Assembly (NCBI GenBank): GCA_964016885.1
Contig: OZ024744.1
Location: forward strand, 76,694,001-76,758,000
DNA: 64,000 nt
Direction of reading: 5' to 3'
DNA from: Eledone cirrhosa
Lineage: Eukaryota
Within the stretch, counting starts at the first letter, position 1, and the number at the start of each line of letters is the position of its first letter. Positions 25,855 to 39,755 of the stretch are shown piece after piece. A program made the position numbers and the translations under genes. Below the pieces are notes generated by a model, which saw only the letters and a list, made by a program, of their open reading frames with translations, was not told where the DNA came from and ran no database searches.

Positions 25855-26255
25855 ATTTCTAATTAGCAAATTTGGGAGAAGTGCATAGCTGATTAAATCA
25901 ACTCCAGTACTTAACTGGTACTTTATTTTATCGACCCCCCAACCCAGAGGGTAAAAATCAAAGTTAACCTTGGTAGGATTTAAACTCAGACTATAAAGAA
26001 CCAGAACAAATCCCGCAAAGGGCATTTTTATCTGACGGCTTATTAATTCTGCCATTCTACCACCTATAATTCTTACAATCCACCACCAGTTCTGACATTC
26101 TACCACCTATAATTCTTACAATCCACCACCAGTTCTGCCATTCTACCACCTATAATTCTTACAATCCACCACCAGTTCTGCCATTCTACCACCTATAATT
26201 CTTACAATCCACCACCAGTTCTGCCATTCTACCACTCATAATTCTTCCAATCCAC
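25855..26255 (-). mobile_element. Diverged SINE whose 5' end is amplified into a 43-bp tandem repeat (about 4.7 copies, 26047-26255)
   Basis: Unit TTCTGCCATTCTACCACCTATAATTCTTACAATCCACCACCAG contains the reverse complement of the SINE head. Confidence 0.8.
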
Positions 26256-26489
26256 TAATTAACATACGTATATATTAAACTATAACTCTGAAACATGATA
26301 TTTTTGTCAAAATTTAGAATATTATAATTGTTACTAAATATATTACTTTTTTCTTTAGGTGTTAGCATAGATTGAAAAAGATGCATGCTTGGGTGGAGTG
26401 GAGACAAATACTACGTAGATCAAAGCCCTTAGCCACTTTAATCTGGTTTTAGTGGTATTGGTGGTGATGCTGACGATGGTAGCTATAAT

Positions 26490-26680
26490 GATTGTTTCTA
26501 CGATTGGCACAAGGCCAGCAATTGCCCAGTGCATTACTGGTACTTTATTTTATCGACCCCATAAGGATGAAAGGCAAAGTTAACCTCGGCAGGATTTGAA
26601 TTCAGACCATAAAGGGACGAAACTCTATGCTACAAAGCATGGCGTTCAACTCTCTACTGATACTGCCAATCCACCACCCT
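26490..26680 (-). mobile_element. tRNA-derived SINE, family 1
   Basis: Matches the family consensus. Confidence 0.9.
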
Positions 26681-26802
26681 CGAAAAAATAACACACTACA
26701 GCTTCTGGCTTACAGATGTTCTCTTTCATCTATCTATTCTACAGATTCAACAACAACTATTTGCTATTCTGAACTCGATAGTTGCAACTACCATCACACA
26801 CT

Positions 26803-26837
<35 letters not shown>

Positions 26838-26913
26838 CCCTCTCTCCTTCTGCCTCTCCTCACACACTTGTTTTTCTCTCTCTCCCCACACATATCTCTC
26901 TTTCTCTCTGCCT

Positions 26914-26948
<35 letters not shown>

Positions 26949-27669
26949 CACACACTTCTCTCTCTCCCTCCTTCTCTCTCTCTCTCTCTCCTCACACACG
27001 TCTCTCTCTCTCTCCTCACACACGTCTCTCTCCTCACACACGTCTCTCTTCACTCTATATCTCTGTCTCACTTTCCAGATATCATTCTAATCCCTTTATC
27101 CATTCGTTCCTTGCTTTCTTGTCAAGTTATTTCTCGAGTTTTTAGAACATTTGTTTATTCATTTATTTATTTATTCAATTTAAACGTCCGTATAGAGCTA
27201 GTAAGCCATGGCAGACTAGGGGAAGTATCGAGTACACCTTACAGTTGGTAATCAAAATGAACTAGTGAGACAAGTAATAAAAACAAAACTATGTACCTCC
27301 GTATTTGTTCCAAATCTTTGCGCTATGGGTTGAAATTCTGCCGTGGTCAACTTTACTTTTTATTCTTTAGATATCAATAAATAAAATAACAAACAGTCAA
27401 GCGAAGGTGAATTGGTGAAATTGTTAAAGAGTTAGATAAGAATACTTTATGGTATCAGATCTGGCACTGCGCACTCTGAGTTCGAATCCAGATAATGTCA
27501 GCAACTACTTGAAACAGTTTCTTTGGTTTAATCTAACGGTCAGATTCTTTCCTTTCTTGCTAAAACATCAATCCTTCGGGATTCCCTTTACACACACACA
27601 CCCATCCACACACACTCACACACACACTCACACATACCCACTCACACACACACACCTACACACACACCA

Positions 27670-27760
27670 AACTCTAGGTAGAAGGAGAAACGTGAAATGA
27701 AGTGTCTTGCTCAAGGACATAACGCATCGCCCGGTCCAGAAATCAAACTCACAACCTTAT
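27670..27760 (-). mobile_element. tRNA-derived SINE, family 2 fragment
   Basis: AAGTGTCTTGCTCAAGGACA block shared with 47145-47440, 58370-58480 and 60200-60327. Confidence 0.7.
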
Positions 27761-27777
27761 ATATATATATATATATA

Positions 27778-29143
27778 CTAGCAGCTGCACCCGGGGCCAC
27801 TTTTTATTAAGTTAATAATTTGAAAAATATTATTGAAAGTTTATTATAAAGAAGCAGTTTCAAGAAAAAAAATAGAAATATGGACTTGGGGCTGGACGGC
27901 GTACAATGAGAAGTGGAGCGACGTGAAAAGCGTTGTTTATTAACAGCGAAATAGCAATGTCGATGATATGCAATTTGAAAAATACTACTTACAGTTAGTG
28001 GTGGTTAACATGTATTGGAATTAAAATAAAACACGCGTCCCTTCTTCGCAATTTAAGGGTTTGGCGATACTTGGTTTTAGTGTCCTAAATTATCATCATC
28101 GACATTCAATTATTAGCTACACGATACGTCACGACACGTCATCAGCTGCTGCTGATGCTTGATTTTTTACATGTTCATTTTCTTACATGCTTCATTTTTT
28201 CACGAAAAAACATTGAATTTTTAGAATAAATATTTATTAAAATATTAACAGAGAAAATTAGATTTTAGATTTATTTTTTGAACAAAATAAATATTTATTT
28301 ATACTTTTTCACAGAAAAAAAATGCTTCATTTTTACATGAATATTTATTTACAGTTTTTAAGTTTTTAACCGAAACACTATGCTTCATTTTTACATAAAT
28401 ATTTATTTAGTTTTTAGCAGAAAAAAAATTGCTGCGAAATACATTTTTTTTTAACACACGATACGTCACGAAGGTAAATGTTTCGAAAAAATGTTAAACT
28501 GTATATCACAACAATATATTGTTTAAAGAAATTTTTTTTCTGTTGTTTAAAACTGTAAATCTGTTTTTAAAAAATGTATTTAACTGAAACACTATGCTTC
28601 ATTTTTACATGAATATTTATTTACAGTTTTTAACAGAAAAAAAATTGCTGCGAAATACATTTTTTTTTTGACAGATTTACAGTTTTTAACAACAGAAAAA
28701 AATTTTCTTTAAACAATATATTGTTGCGATATACAGTTTAAAATGTTTTCGAAACATTTACCTTCGTGACGTATCGTGTAGTGGGTGGAGCTAATAATTG
28801 AATGTCGATTATGATAATTTAGGACACTAAAACCAAGTATCGTCAAGGATTTTATTTCTTTTGATGGAAAACAGTGACCGTACTGCAGAATCGATTTCAT
28901 AAAACGGTACTGTATGATCGTTAAATGCAGAAGGATGATTAAATTGGAAATGTATTAGAACGCGATAGTTTTGGGGCCACAGGGACCACATTTTTCAAGT
29001 TAGAGATTTGAAACCTCGTCTATTTGCTTCCTTGGCACTTTTTACATAGGTGTGTAAATTTTCATGTCAGTCCGACCACGTCTACTACCATTTAACCGTG
29101 CACATTTGAATTTCAACCATCGCCCATTTCACAAATATATATT

Positions 29144-29146
<3 letters not shown>
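27778..29146 (-). mobile_element. Non-autonomous Helitron with both termini and an internal inverted duplication
   Basis: Minus strand: A|TCTAATATATATTTG (from 29146) to CCGGGTGCAGCTG-CTAG|T (27778). The 5' arm of the terminal hairpin is missing. Confidence 0.65.
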
Positions 29147-29205
<59 letters not shown>

Positions 29206-29281
29206 GTATATATATATGTATATATATATGTAAAAGGTAAACAGAAATAACAACACAATCGGTAGAGTATATATATATATA

Positions 29282-30096
29282 CTAGCAGAGGTACCCGGCG
29301 TTGCTCGGGTATTAAACAGCAGTTATGTATACCATTTATGTCAATACTTCTATGCTGCTTCGAAAACTATACTTTTACAAAATCATCGGCTTTTTCCAAA
29401 AGGGGGTTCCTGCTCCCAGGTGTCCCCTATTCAATATGTGCCAATTCTGAGAGATCACATTCATCTGTAGAACAAATGTAGCCCATGTGTGAAGTTTTGT
29501 GAAAATCGGTTGCGAACTCCAGAAGTTATGACGTTTTGTTGCATTTCACTGCTTCCAAGGTTAAAGGGGGTTATCTGCCGGGAGGCCCTATAATCAATAT
29601 CTGGAAAAATGAAAGTGTCCATGACCATCCGGAGTACATAAGTAACCTATGTCTTAAGTTTGGTGAAAAGGCTGTAGAAATGCATAAGGTTTACACACAC
29701 AAACGCGCACGCGCGCGTTTGTGTGTGTGTATGTACATGTATGTGTATGTCCGTCGGCGCATGCGTATGTACTAGCCTAAATCTTCACTATTCACTTTTA
29801 CTATTTTAATAACCTCTGTCATTTTCGTTTACAATTTTATTTACATCATTCTTAAACTCCGGGATGGAAATCATTCGCTTATTTTAAATAGAACATTAGT
29901 CTAACGACTCCATGTATACCATAAACTTGGTCTTGTCTTTGCATGAAATTGTTCTTCTCGGTCCACATAATGACGTATTATCCTCGTTTGTTTTCCGTTC
30001 ATTGCCAGGGAACGTCTTTACGAACCAAAATATCGTCTTCCTGTTTTCCTTCGGTTGCAATGTTTCTCGAAATATTTACTTCTACGTTCACAGATT
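29282..30096 (-). mobile_element. Non-autonomous Helitron, 5'-truncated; same family as 31474-32469
   Basis: Minus strand ends CCCGAGCAACGCCGGG-tacctctg-CTAG|T; collinear with 31678-32469. Confidence 0.85.
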
Positions 30097-30186
30097 GAAT
30101 TTTTTAGTTTCAGAAGAACTCGTTAATGTTGAAAGCAGCAATTCTTTGCTTAAACTTTAATCTGTTCTTATAACAAATATATATAC

Positions 30187-30334
<148 letters not shown>

Positions 30335-30524
30335 ACAGGGAGCAAGTGACGATTATTAGGAAGAAAAATATATTTTTTTCCTTTTTTGTTTCTCTCTCTT
30401 TTTTCTGGGTTAGAAAATGATTAAAACGAAATGTTTTACTTTGTGCGAAGTGTTAAGGTATTAGTTGATTTATTTATTATTTAACAATGGGATTTATTTA
30501 TCTATTTATATATTTAATTATTGT

Positions 30525-30566
30525 CTATTACCGGTTTCAGCATTTTTATGCATTATCAAATGATAG
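30525..30566 (-). ncRNA. Minimal hammerhead motif, U3-A8 variant
   Basis: CTATCAT-TTGATAA-t GCAT aaaa ATGC t-GAAA-CCGG-TA-ATAG. Confidence 0.6.
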
Positions 30567-30729
30567 TGATATGTATTAGTGTGGTGTCGCACATGTTAAA
30601 CAGAAGGTGCAGAAAGAATAATGTTATTTACAAACAAGGTTTATGTAGTAAAAAGAAAAAAGAAAAAAGAATATTTACAAGCACAGTCATTGAAGTTAAG
30701 CAGATCAAAATGTGTTAATATAGCAAGTG

Positions 30730-30862
<133 letters not shown>

Positions 30863-31333
30863 CGTTATAATAAAAAAAATATATCACTGTAATGTATGTA
30901 TACATGTATTTATGTGTTTATATGAGCGGGGATATGCAAGTAAATCCTACTTTGTGGACAGCTTATCCTTAGCATAATATTCATGCTAGAACAGCATATA
31001 TTTGAAAGTTTTCAGGGAGTTGAATTACTGATTTTGGATCGACAGCTTTAGCTTTGAAAAAATGAAATGTGCAGTGTAAACATTTTTTATTATTCCTCCG
31101 GGGATGAATCTTCTCTGCATTTTTCCATCTCTTTCTTTCTCTCTGGAAGAAATCAGCCGTAGTAAGACCTAAAAAAATGGTTAGATACACCATGACGCAC
31201 CGTGCATCACGGTAGAGTTGAAAAGCAGACTCAGAATATGGCGTTGTGTGGGGGGGCTCGCAGCCCAATGTTCCAGGGAAAGCAGAAGAAGAAGAAGAAG
31301 AAGAAGAAGAAGAAGAAGAAGAAGAAGAAGAAG

Positions 31334-31364
<31 letters not shown>

Positions 31365-31473
31365 GAGCTGGCGTCCTATCAAATATGTAGGTTGTGTCTT
31401 AAATTGAAGGTTTAGTAGAAACAATTCATGCATAGTTTTGTACTTTTCTTTTTGTCATTCATATATAAACAAA

Positions 31474-32469
31474 TCTACTATATAAATTGGAAGTGGTCGG
31501 ACGTTGTATATGTAGGTGTAGTTGGATAAACGTCGAAACAGCTTGGTGGAATGCAGCGAAAATTTACAGTTATGCAGAATGGCCCGAGGAGGCGTTGGGT
31601 CGACTTTCAAGCAATCTTCCATGGTTACGGAGAAACTCGATGAAACAGGAATTACCCATTCAAATTGAACTGAGAGTAATCTGTGAACGCAGAAGTAATT
31701 ATTTCGAGAAACGTTGCAACCGAACGAAAACAGGAAGACGATATTTTGGTTCGTGAAGACGTGCCCTGGCAATGAACGGGAAAAAAGCGAGGATAATACG
31801 TCGTTATGTGTAGCGTGAAGAACAACTTCATGCAAAGACAAGACCAAGTTTATGGTATAAATTGAGTCGTTAGACTAATATTCTATTTAAAATAACAGAA
31901 TGATTTCCAGCCCCGGAGTTTAAGAATGATGTAAATAAAATTGTAAACGAAAATGACAGCACACAGAAATACATACCCCCCCCCCCCCCACACACACACA
32001 CACACACGCACACACACGAACGCATATGTATAAACCTTATACATTTCTACAGTATTTTCACCAAACTTAAGACATAGGTTACTTATGTACTCCGGATGGT
32101 CATGGGCACTGTTATTTTTCCAGATATTGATTATAGGGCCCCCCGGCAGATAACCCTTTAACCACTTTAAACACTTCCTTGGAGTCGACTGAAGCACTGC
32201 AGTGAAATGCAACAAAATGTCATAACTTCTGGAGTTCGCAACCGATTTTCACAATACTTGACACATGGGCTACGTTTGTCCTACAGATGAATGTGAACTC
32301 TCAGAATTGGCACATATTGGGTAGGGGACCCCTGGGGGCAGGAACCCCATTTTGGAAAAAGCCGATGATTTTGTAAAAGTATAGTTTTCGAAGCAGCACT
32401 GAAGTATTGACATAAATGGTATACACAATTGCTATTTAATATCCGAGCAACGCCGGGTACCTCTGCTAG
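31474..32469 (+). mobile_element. Complete ~1-kb non-autonomous Helitron
   Basis: A|TCTACTATATAAA 5' end, subterminal hairpin, CTAG|T 3' end; inserted between A and T. Confidence 0.9.
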
Positions 32470-32754
32470 TAAATATATATAACACACAGTCACAGTACAT
32501 CTCCTGTGAAAGAGAGAAAGAGATGTAAGGTTGAGGAAAGGGGAGAATTGGACAGTGTGTAAAGAATAGATAAATAAATAAAAGTTAAAGTTCCTCACTC
32601 TCTTTCTTTCTTTCTCAACCCTCTCTCCTTTTTTTCTCATACCCTCTCTCTCTTTCTCTCGCTCTCTCTTGCTCTCACTAATACCCCTCTCTCTCTCTCT
32701 CTCTCTGTATATACTTATATATGTTTGTGTGTGTGTGTGAACCAGCGTTCGTCA

Positions 32755-32807
<53 letters not shown>

Positions 32808-32820
32808 AACAGCCTATCTC

Positions 32821-32871
<51 letters not shown>

Positions 32872-32891
32872 TCCCTTTCTCTCTTTAGATG

Positions 32892-32924
<33 letters not shown>

Positions 32925-33119
32925 GTTTGTGTCTGACAGGTATTATAAGGGCTCGACGGAGATCGATAACACCGCTTTAACAACAGAAAATTGAAAAATA
33001 AAACTGCAGTTAGTATATTTAGATCGCAAGGAATATATAAATGCAAGTTTGAAGTCCATCGGAGTAGAAATGTGTATTTGTATAGACTTTGCAAAAACGA
33101 GGACACACAGACAACATCA

Positions 33120-33211
<92 letters not shown>

Positions 33212-33311
33212 TAAAAAAATAATGAATAAAACAATGAAACAGTTCCTTATATTAAACAAAAAAAGTTCATTATTTAACGATCGTTCCTAGGACATATATG
33301 TGTTAGATTTA

Positions 33312-33364
<53 letters not shown>

Positions 33365-33427
33365 GCCACTCATTTCGGATTTGTTTATCGTAAGTTCGTG
33401 AGCTGATTTTCCGATACTCGATTATTC

Positions 33428-33466
<39 letters not shown>

Positions 33467-33634
33467 CATGAACCGAATCGATCTGACGAACCTGGGAGGG
33501 CATACAAGTTCATAGGAACTGTCCATCCCATCTAACTATGCTATCTCGCCCTCTCTTTCTCTCCCCCCCCCCCTCTCTCTCTCTCTCGCTCGCTCTGTGT
33601 GTATATATATATATATATATATAGATATAGATAT

Positions 33635-36600
33635 GTTTCTTTTATTTGCCACCAGGGCATCAAAAGTGGGACAAGTACAAAGGGGGGAGTTTACACAAAA
33701 AAGGCGTCCTCAATAAGGAGGAAGCAATAACAATATATAAAATAAAATAAAATATAACAAAAAATAAAATTTATAACAAAATCCTCAATAGAGAGGAGGC
33801 GCCTTGGGGGGGTCGCACACACCCCCGAAAAAAGTGTGCAACCCTTTTCCTGGAGAACAGAGAGGGGGTGCTCCCTCGTTCCTTCCTCTTTTCCACCTAC
33901 AGGCTTATGTAAAGAGAAGGCCCTTTCACACGGGCCATTCTCGCCACTTTCACCCACCTTTCATAAAAACGACTGGGGTGGAGCACCTCTCTCTCCATCC
34001 TGATCCTTCTTCCGAAATGATATCGGAAGAAACGGACCAGTTGTTGGCCAGAGAGAAAGGTGCCTGACCTCAGTCCTTTCAGACGCGTCTACCATACAAC
34101 TTCTTTCACCATGGCTATTACGCACAGAAACACCGCCTCTCCTTCATCTTTGAAGGGGGGAGGCGGCTTGATCATTACAATAGACTCGGTGGTCAACCGG
34201 ATCGGTCCCACCCTTGACAGCAGTTGTTCGACATAGCCCCACAGATCGGCTACGCCCGAGCAGTGTACCAATGTGTGTGCAACGGTTTCCTCGTCGCAAA
34301 CGCATCTGGGACAGATCTTTTTGGCGGGGTCCCTACCCGGGCGCCCGTGTCTGTAGATCTTTTCTCGAACCGGTAGAGCCCCTCGGTAGCACTGCCAGGC
34401 CAGGGACTTCTGGAAGTTGTCCATAGGTCCCGGGCTGAATGTCCTACCGAACAGGTTGGCCAGTTCGTCCTCCTCCATGTCTAGGGCTTCTCCGAGGGCG
34501 TCGTCGCACCTGCTGCGTACCAGCCCTCTATAGAATGTTGCGGTGGAGTATCCACTGATAACCGGGTCCGCCTGCCAGAGGGCGGTGAGCACCTGGGCAC
34601 ACTCAGTGTGCCAGGCGCCCAGTATTCTCGGTCTTTGCTTGACCCAGGATTGCAGCTCGGTGAGTGAGACGAGTCTGGGAAAGGTTCGTCTCACAAACGA
34701 GGCCCACACCGGTTGACCGGTGAGGAATACGTATAGGTACCGTAGCCTTAATGCGTGTTTACGCATCATTAGCCACGGCATCCCCAGCCCTCCTTTCGAA
34801 GGGTGTTGACAGCAGATGGATCTCCTCACCATAGGAGCCCGCCTCTTCCAAAGGAATTGGAAGAGCGCGCGCTCCATCTTGGCGAGGGTTTCCCTTGGGC
34901 AGGGCACTACGGTCAGGCGGTAGTAGATGACGGACGCTATATAGGTGTTCGCCACCTCCGCCCGACCTTTCAGGGATAGTTTACAACTGGCCCACTTCTG
35001 GGTCAGTGCAAACACCCTGTTCGTAACCTCCGCCCAGTTCTTCTCCACCTGGATGTCCGGTCCGAACCAGACCCCGAGCAACTTCACCGGGCCCTCCGTC
35101 CAGCGTCCGACGACGCCATCGGAGGGCATCGGTCTGCCCCTCCACGTGCCGAGTTGCAAACCGATCGACTTGTCCCGGTTCAGCTTAGCCCCTGTGAACC
35201 TTTCGTACTCCTCCAGTAAGGTGCCGACCGCCCCGATTTCGGAGGCCGTCGACACCATTACTGTCACGTCATCGGCGTAGGCCGACACCGCTTTCCGCAA
35301 TCCCGGTTCCAAAGGGATGCCCTGCAACAACTCCAACTTCCGCAGTAGTGGCTCTAGAGTCAACACATACAGAAGGGAGGAGAGAGGGCACCCTTGTCGG
35401 ATGGACCGCGCGATTTTGAACGGCTCCGAGAGGTAGCCGTTCACCTTGACCCTAGAGCAGATGCGGCTGCTGTGCATAGCATTGATCCAGCCCCTGAAAA
35501 TGGGTCCGAAGCCTGCCGCCGCTAGCACCGCATCCAGGTAACCATGGTCGACCCTATCGAACACCTTAGATTGATCCAAGTTGATCAGAGCCCCACCAAA
35601 GCCGGGTTCATTCCCAACCCTCTCTATGATGTATCGCATGAGGTGGAGGTTGTCATGGATGGACCTGGACGGGATAGCACATGTCTGCGCATCTCCCACC
35701 AGGTTGCTCACGACAAGCGCCAACCTCTTTGCTAGCACCTTGGCCAAAATCTGTAACTCTGTATTTAGCAGAGTTATGGGCCTGAAGTTACTTATTTCAT
35801 CCCCTTTGTTCTCGTCCTTCCTCACTAGCGTGACTACGCACTTGGTCACAGTACAGGGAATTCTCCCGTTCTGTTGCCAGTTGCAGTAGACCGCCTCGAG
35901 GAGATCGGGGAACAAGTCCGGCAAAGCTAGATATAATTCGTATGGAAGACCATCGAGACCCGGGGATTTGCGTTTGCCGCATTGGCTCAGCACGTCCTCT
36001 ATCTCAGCGGCCGAAATCGGCTCCTCGCAGGACTTCGCCTCCCTGTCCGAGAGACGCGACAGGCCGTCGAGGTATGGACCGAAGTCTACATCCCCAACCG
36101 GCTCCCCGCCCCTTCCGAACAGTCGGGCAAAGTGCCTTTGAAAGGCCTCACACATCTGCTTAGGCTCAAGAAACGCCCGTCCATCATGGTCTCGCAAAGA
36201 CCGGATGGTGGATTTAGTTCCACTGTTGGCCTCTGTCGCGCGGGCCCAGCTAACAGCTTTGGCCCCCTCGTTCACTAGAGCACGTATTTTACTTCGGACA
36301 ACGCAGCCTTCGTGCTTCGCGTCGAAAAACTGGTTCAAAGCCGTTCTCGACGCTAGCACTCTGACCACGTCGCCGCTTCTAATTGCCTCTTCTACTCTAT
36401 CTATTAGCTCCCTTTCCTTCCTATTCCTATCCGCAGCTAGAACCTTACTAAATTCTATCGAGACTACTCTAATCTCTCTCTTTAGAGATACCCACCACCT
36501 ACTGTTGACGATCGCTCCAGTCAACCGTTCCTTAACTAACGTACTAATCCGATCCCTGTAAGCTCTACTTGCCGGCAAGGACAAGTTGAGCTTCCAGTAA

Positions 36601-36684
36601 CCGGGGGCCCTGTCTATGCGTTCTATCAAGGTTGACCATGCAGGTCACCAACTTGTGGTCTGAATAGCCAACCATGAGCATTTA
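33635..36684 (-). mobile_element. Tx1/L1-clade LINE copy A (5'-truncated)
   Basis: 846-aa open frame. 3' end GGTGGCAAATAAAAGAAAC abuts ATATCTATATCT; 5' junction abuts (GATA)n. Confidence 0.95.
34089..36629 (-). CDS. LINE ORF2 fragment: reverse transcriptase plus C-terminal Cys/His motif (premature stop near the end; endonuclease lost)
   Basis: GYWKLN, KSPGLDGLP, FRPITLLN, LDQSKVFDRV, RQGCPLS, YADD, GGLG, CPRC...HTLVHC. Confidence 0.9.
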   Translation of the reverse strand: MIERIDRAPGYWKLNLSLPASRAYRDRISTLVKERLTGAIVNSRWWVSLKREIRVVSIEFSKVLAADRNRKERELIDRVEEAIRSGDVVRVLASRTALNQFFDAKHEGCVVRSKIRALVNEGAKAVSWARATEANSGTKSTIRSLRDHDGRAFLEPKQMCEAFQRHFARLFGRGGEPVGDVDFGPYLDGLSRLSDREAKSCEEPISAAEIEDVLSQCGKRKSPGLDGLPYELYLALPDLFPDLLEAVYCNWQQNGRIPCTVTKCVVTLVRKDENKGDEISNFRPITLLNTELQILAKVLAKRLALVVSNLVGDAQTCAIPSRSIHDNLHLMRYIIERVGNEPGFGGALINLDQSKVFDRVDHGYLDAVLAAAGFGPIFRGWINAMHSSRICSRVKVNGYLSEPFKIARSIRQGCPLSSLLYVLTLEPLLRKLELLQGIPLEPGLRKAVSAYADDVTVMVSTASEIGAVGTLLEEYERFTGAKLNRDKSIGLQLGTWRGRPMPSDGVVGRWTEGPVKLLGVWFGPDIQVEKNWAEVTNRVFALTQKWASCKLSLKGRAEVANTYIASVIYYRLTVVPCPRETLAKMERALFQFLWKRRAPMVRRSICCQHPSKGGLGMPWLMMRKHALRLRYLYVFLTGQPVWASFVRRTFPRLVSLTELQSWVKQRPRILGAWHTECAQVLTALWQADPVISGYSTATFYRGLVRSRCDDALGEALDMEEDELANLFGRTFSPGPMDNFQKSLAWQCYRGALPVREKIYRHGRPGRDPAKKICPRCVCDEETVAHTLVHCSGVADLWGYVEQLLSRVGPIRLTTESIVMIKPPPPFKDEGEAVFLCVIAMVKEVVW

Positions 36685-36937
36685 TAGATAGATAGATAGA
36701 TAGATTTCTTTATTTGCCACAAGGGCGCACAAGAAAAGGGGACAATACAAAGACATGCCGGGGATTTTACATACAGTCGTGTAAAAAATATAAAACAAAC
36801 AATTACAGCAATCGAAATCCCCAATAGGGGGGAAGCGCCACAAATGGGTTGTTTAATACGCCGTCGATAGAACAACCCTCAACACCAGGAGCGTGTTGTG
36901 CAGGTGCTCCTTTCTTTCTTTTGCTCTCTTCTTCAAC

Positions 36938-39714
36938 CTACAGGCTTATTAACAGAGAAGGCCCAATCACTCGGGCCATTATCGATTCATTCACCCACCT
37001 TTCAGTAAATTTACTGGGGTGCAGTGCCTCTCTCTCCACTCTGATTCTCCTTCTAAAGCGATACTTAAAGAAGGGAATCAATTGTTGTCCGGAGAGAAAG
37101 GCATCTGTCCTCAGTCCTCTCAATCTCGTCCACCATATAACTTCTTTCACCATAGCCACCGTACAGAGGAAAACCGCATCTCTTCCGTTTTTGAAAGAGG
37201 CTGGCGGTTTGATCCCTACTATGGACTCGGCAGTCAACTGGATTTGTCCCATACGCGACAACAGTTGTTCTGCATAGTTCCACAGGTCGGTTACGCTCAG
37301 GCAGTGTACAATTGCGTGCAGGACTGTTTCAATGTCCTGCGCGCATCTTGGACACGTCCTCTTGGAAGGATCCCTGCATGTAGATCTTGTCTCAAACCGG
37401 TAGAGCTCCTCGGTAGAACTGCCAGGCCAAGGACCTCTGGAAGTTGTCCATAGGTCCCGGGCGGCATAATCCTACCAAACAGACTGGTGAGCTCATCGTC
37501 GTCGACGCCTAGAGTCTCTCCGAGCACGACGTCGCCCTTGTAACGTACAATCCCTCTATAGAATGTCGAAGTGGAGTCACCACTGATTGTTGTACCCGCT
37601 TGCCAGAGGACTGTGAGCCCCTGAGCGCATTCAATGTGACAGGCGCCCATCGTGTTCGGTCTTTTCTTGACCCAGGACTGCAGCTCCGTCAGCGAGACGA
37701 GCTGTGGGAAAGCCTGTCTCACAAACGGTGTCCACACCGGTTGGGGGTCGGTGGAGAATACCTGGAGATGCCGCAGCCTCAGCGCATGTTTGCGCATCAT
37801 CAGACGCGGCATTCCCAGCCCTCCGATAGAAGGGTGCTGACAGCAGACGTTTCTCCTCACCAGCGGAGCCTGCTTCTTCCATCTTGGCGAGGTGTTCACG
37901 GGGACAAGGCACGACAGTCAAGTGGTAGTAGATGACGGACGCTATGAAAGTGTTCGCCACCTCTGCTCGACCTTTCAAGGAGAGTTTGCACTCTGCACAC
38001 TTCTGGGTGAGTGCAAACACCTTGGCCGTGACCTCGTTGCAGTTTTTCTCCACAAGGAGGTCTGGACCGAACCTGACCCCGAGCAATTTCACAGGTACGT
38101 CCGTCCAGCGTCCAGCGTCGCTGTCCGACGTCATCGGTTTGCCTCTCTACGTTCCGAGTTGTTAATTTCGTCCCCCTTGTTCACGTCTTTCCTGATCAGC
38201 GTTACTACGCTCTTGCCTGCAGAACTGGGAATTCTCCCGTTCTGCTGCCAATTGCAATAGACGGCTTCGAGGACGCCAGCGAACAAGTCCGGCATGCCTA
38301 TGTAAAACTCATAGGGTAGACCATCTAGACCGGGTGACACTTGTGTTTCCCACAGCGGCCCAGAGCGTCCCGTATCTCAGTGTCCGAGATCGGTCTTTCA
38401 CAGAACTCGGCGTCCGTGTTCGAGAGACGCGGCAGGCCGTCGAGGTATGAACTAAAGTCCATTACCCCGTTCGGCTCACCGTCGTTCTGCTCAAACAGTC
38501 GCGCAAAGTGCTGCTGAAAGGCCGCGCACATTTGCTTGGGGTCAAGTAGCACACGTCTGTTTTGGTCTTTCAAAGACCGAATCGTAGACTTGTTGCCACT
38601 TTTCGCCTCCGCCACTCGGGCCCAGCCGACAGCTTTCGCTCCTTCGTTTCCTAGAGCACGTTTTTTGCTTCTGACCACGCAGCCTTCGTGCTTCGCATCG
38701 AAGAAATGGTCCAGTGCCGTTCTCGACGCTAACACGCTAGCCGCGTTTCCACTTCTAAGTGCCTCCTCTATCTTAGCTACTAGTTCTCTTTCTATTTTGT
38801 TTTTCTCTAAGGCTACCTCTCTGCTAAACACTATCGATTCTATTATAATTCCTTTCTTGAGAGTGTACTACCATTTATTATTGACGCTGGTTCCCGTTAA
38901 CTGTTGCTTGACTAGTCTACTTATCCGTTCACTGTAAGCTTTACGTGCCGGCAACGACACGTTCAGCTTCCAGTATCCGGGTCCTTGTTTATGTGTTCAC
39001 GGTTGACTATGCAGATGACTAATTTGTGATCTGAAGAGGCAACCATGTGCATTCGTGGACAGCTTAACATCTCCTTGTCCCTTTCTCTAATGAAGAACCT
39101 ATCTAAATACGATATAGATGTCCCGCTGCGGTTTGCCCGCGTCCACTGTGGTGCAGTCGGGAAACCCAGTCGATATCAATCGGCCAGTTGGAATTGGCCG
39201 ATTAAAATTTTGAGGCTGTTGCACCCACCACCCTCTACTGGGACATGCTCCCACATAGTCCCATCGTGCATCTAGGATACCATTCCAGTCCCCCACTAAA
39301 AGTAAGGAGCGAGACGTTCCGAGAAAAGACTCTAGACGCTTAAATAAGTCTGACCGTGATTGCGATTGCCCGGTCGGGGCATAAACGGCCACCAGTCGAA
39401 GGCTCCACCTCCAATACTGTTCACGTCTAGGACTACCAGTCTACCCTCCGGGTCCAAGTGTATTTGCTGCACTTCGACGTCCAGGTTCTTCCGAAACATG
39501 GCAGCCACTACACCTCCACCTCCTGGCTGACAGAGAGATGCGTAGATCTCAAAGTCATCGAAGATGGGGTTAGTTGCTGCCTGTTGTGTATCCTGGACTC
39601 GGTGATGGCTATCACATCCATACCGTGTGACCTAAGGTCGTTTAAAAGTTGACCCTGTTTCCAGGGCATCCCTAGGCCACGCACATTCACGCTTCCAACT
39701 CGTAAACTAGCCAT
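36938..39714 (-). pseudogene. Copy B ORF2 (APE endonuclease-RT), frameshifted, with the RT core deleted at ~38155
   Basis: SVNVRGL, AITESR, AVYAP, VGDWN, SDHK, SPGLDGLPYE. Sequence jumps from GDEIN to the post-RT region relative to copy A. Confidence 0.85.
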
Positions 39715-39755
39715 GTTGGTGAAGAAGAGTTGGAGAAAAAGGACGAAAGGTGCTC

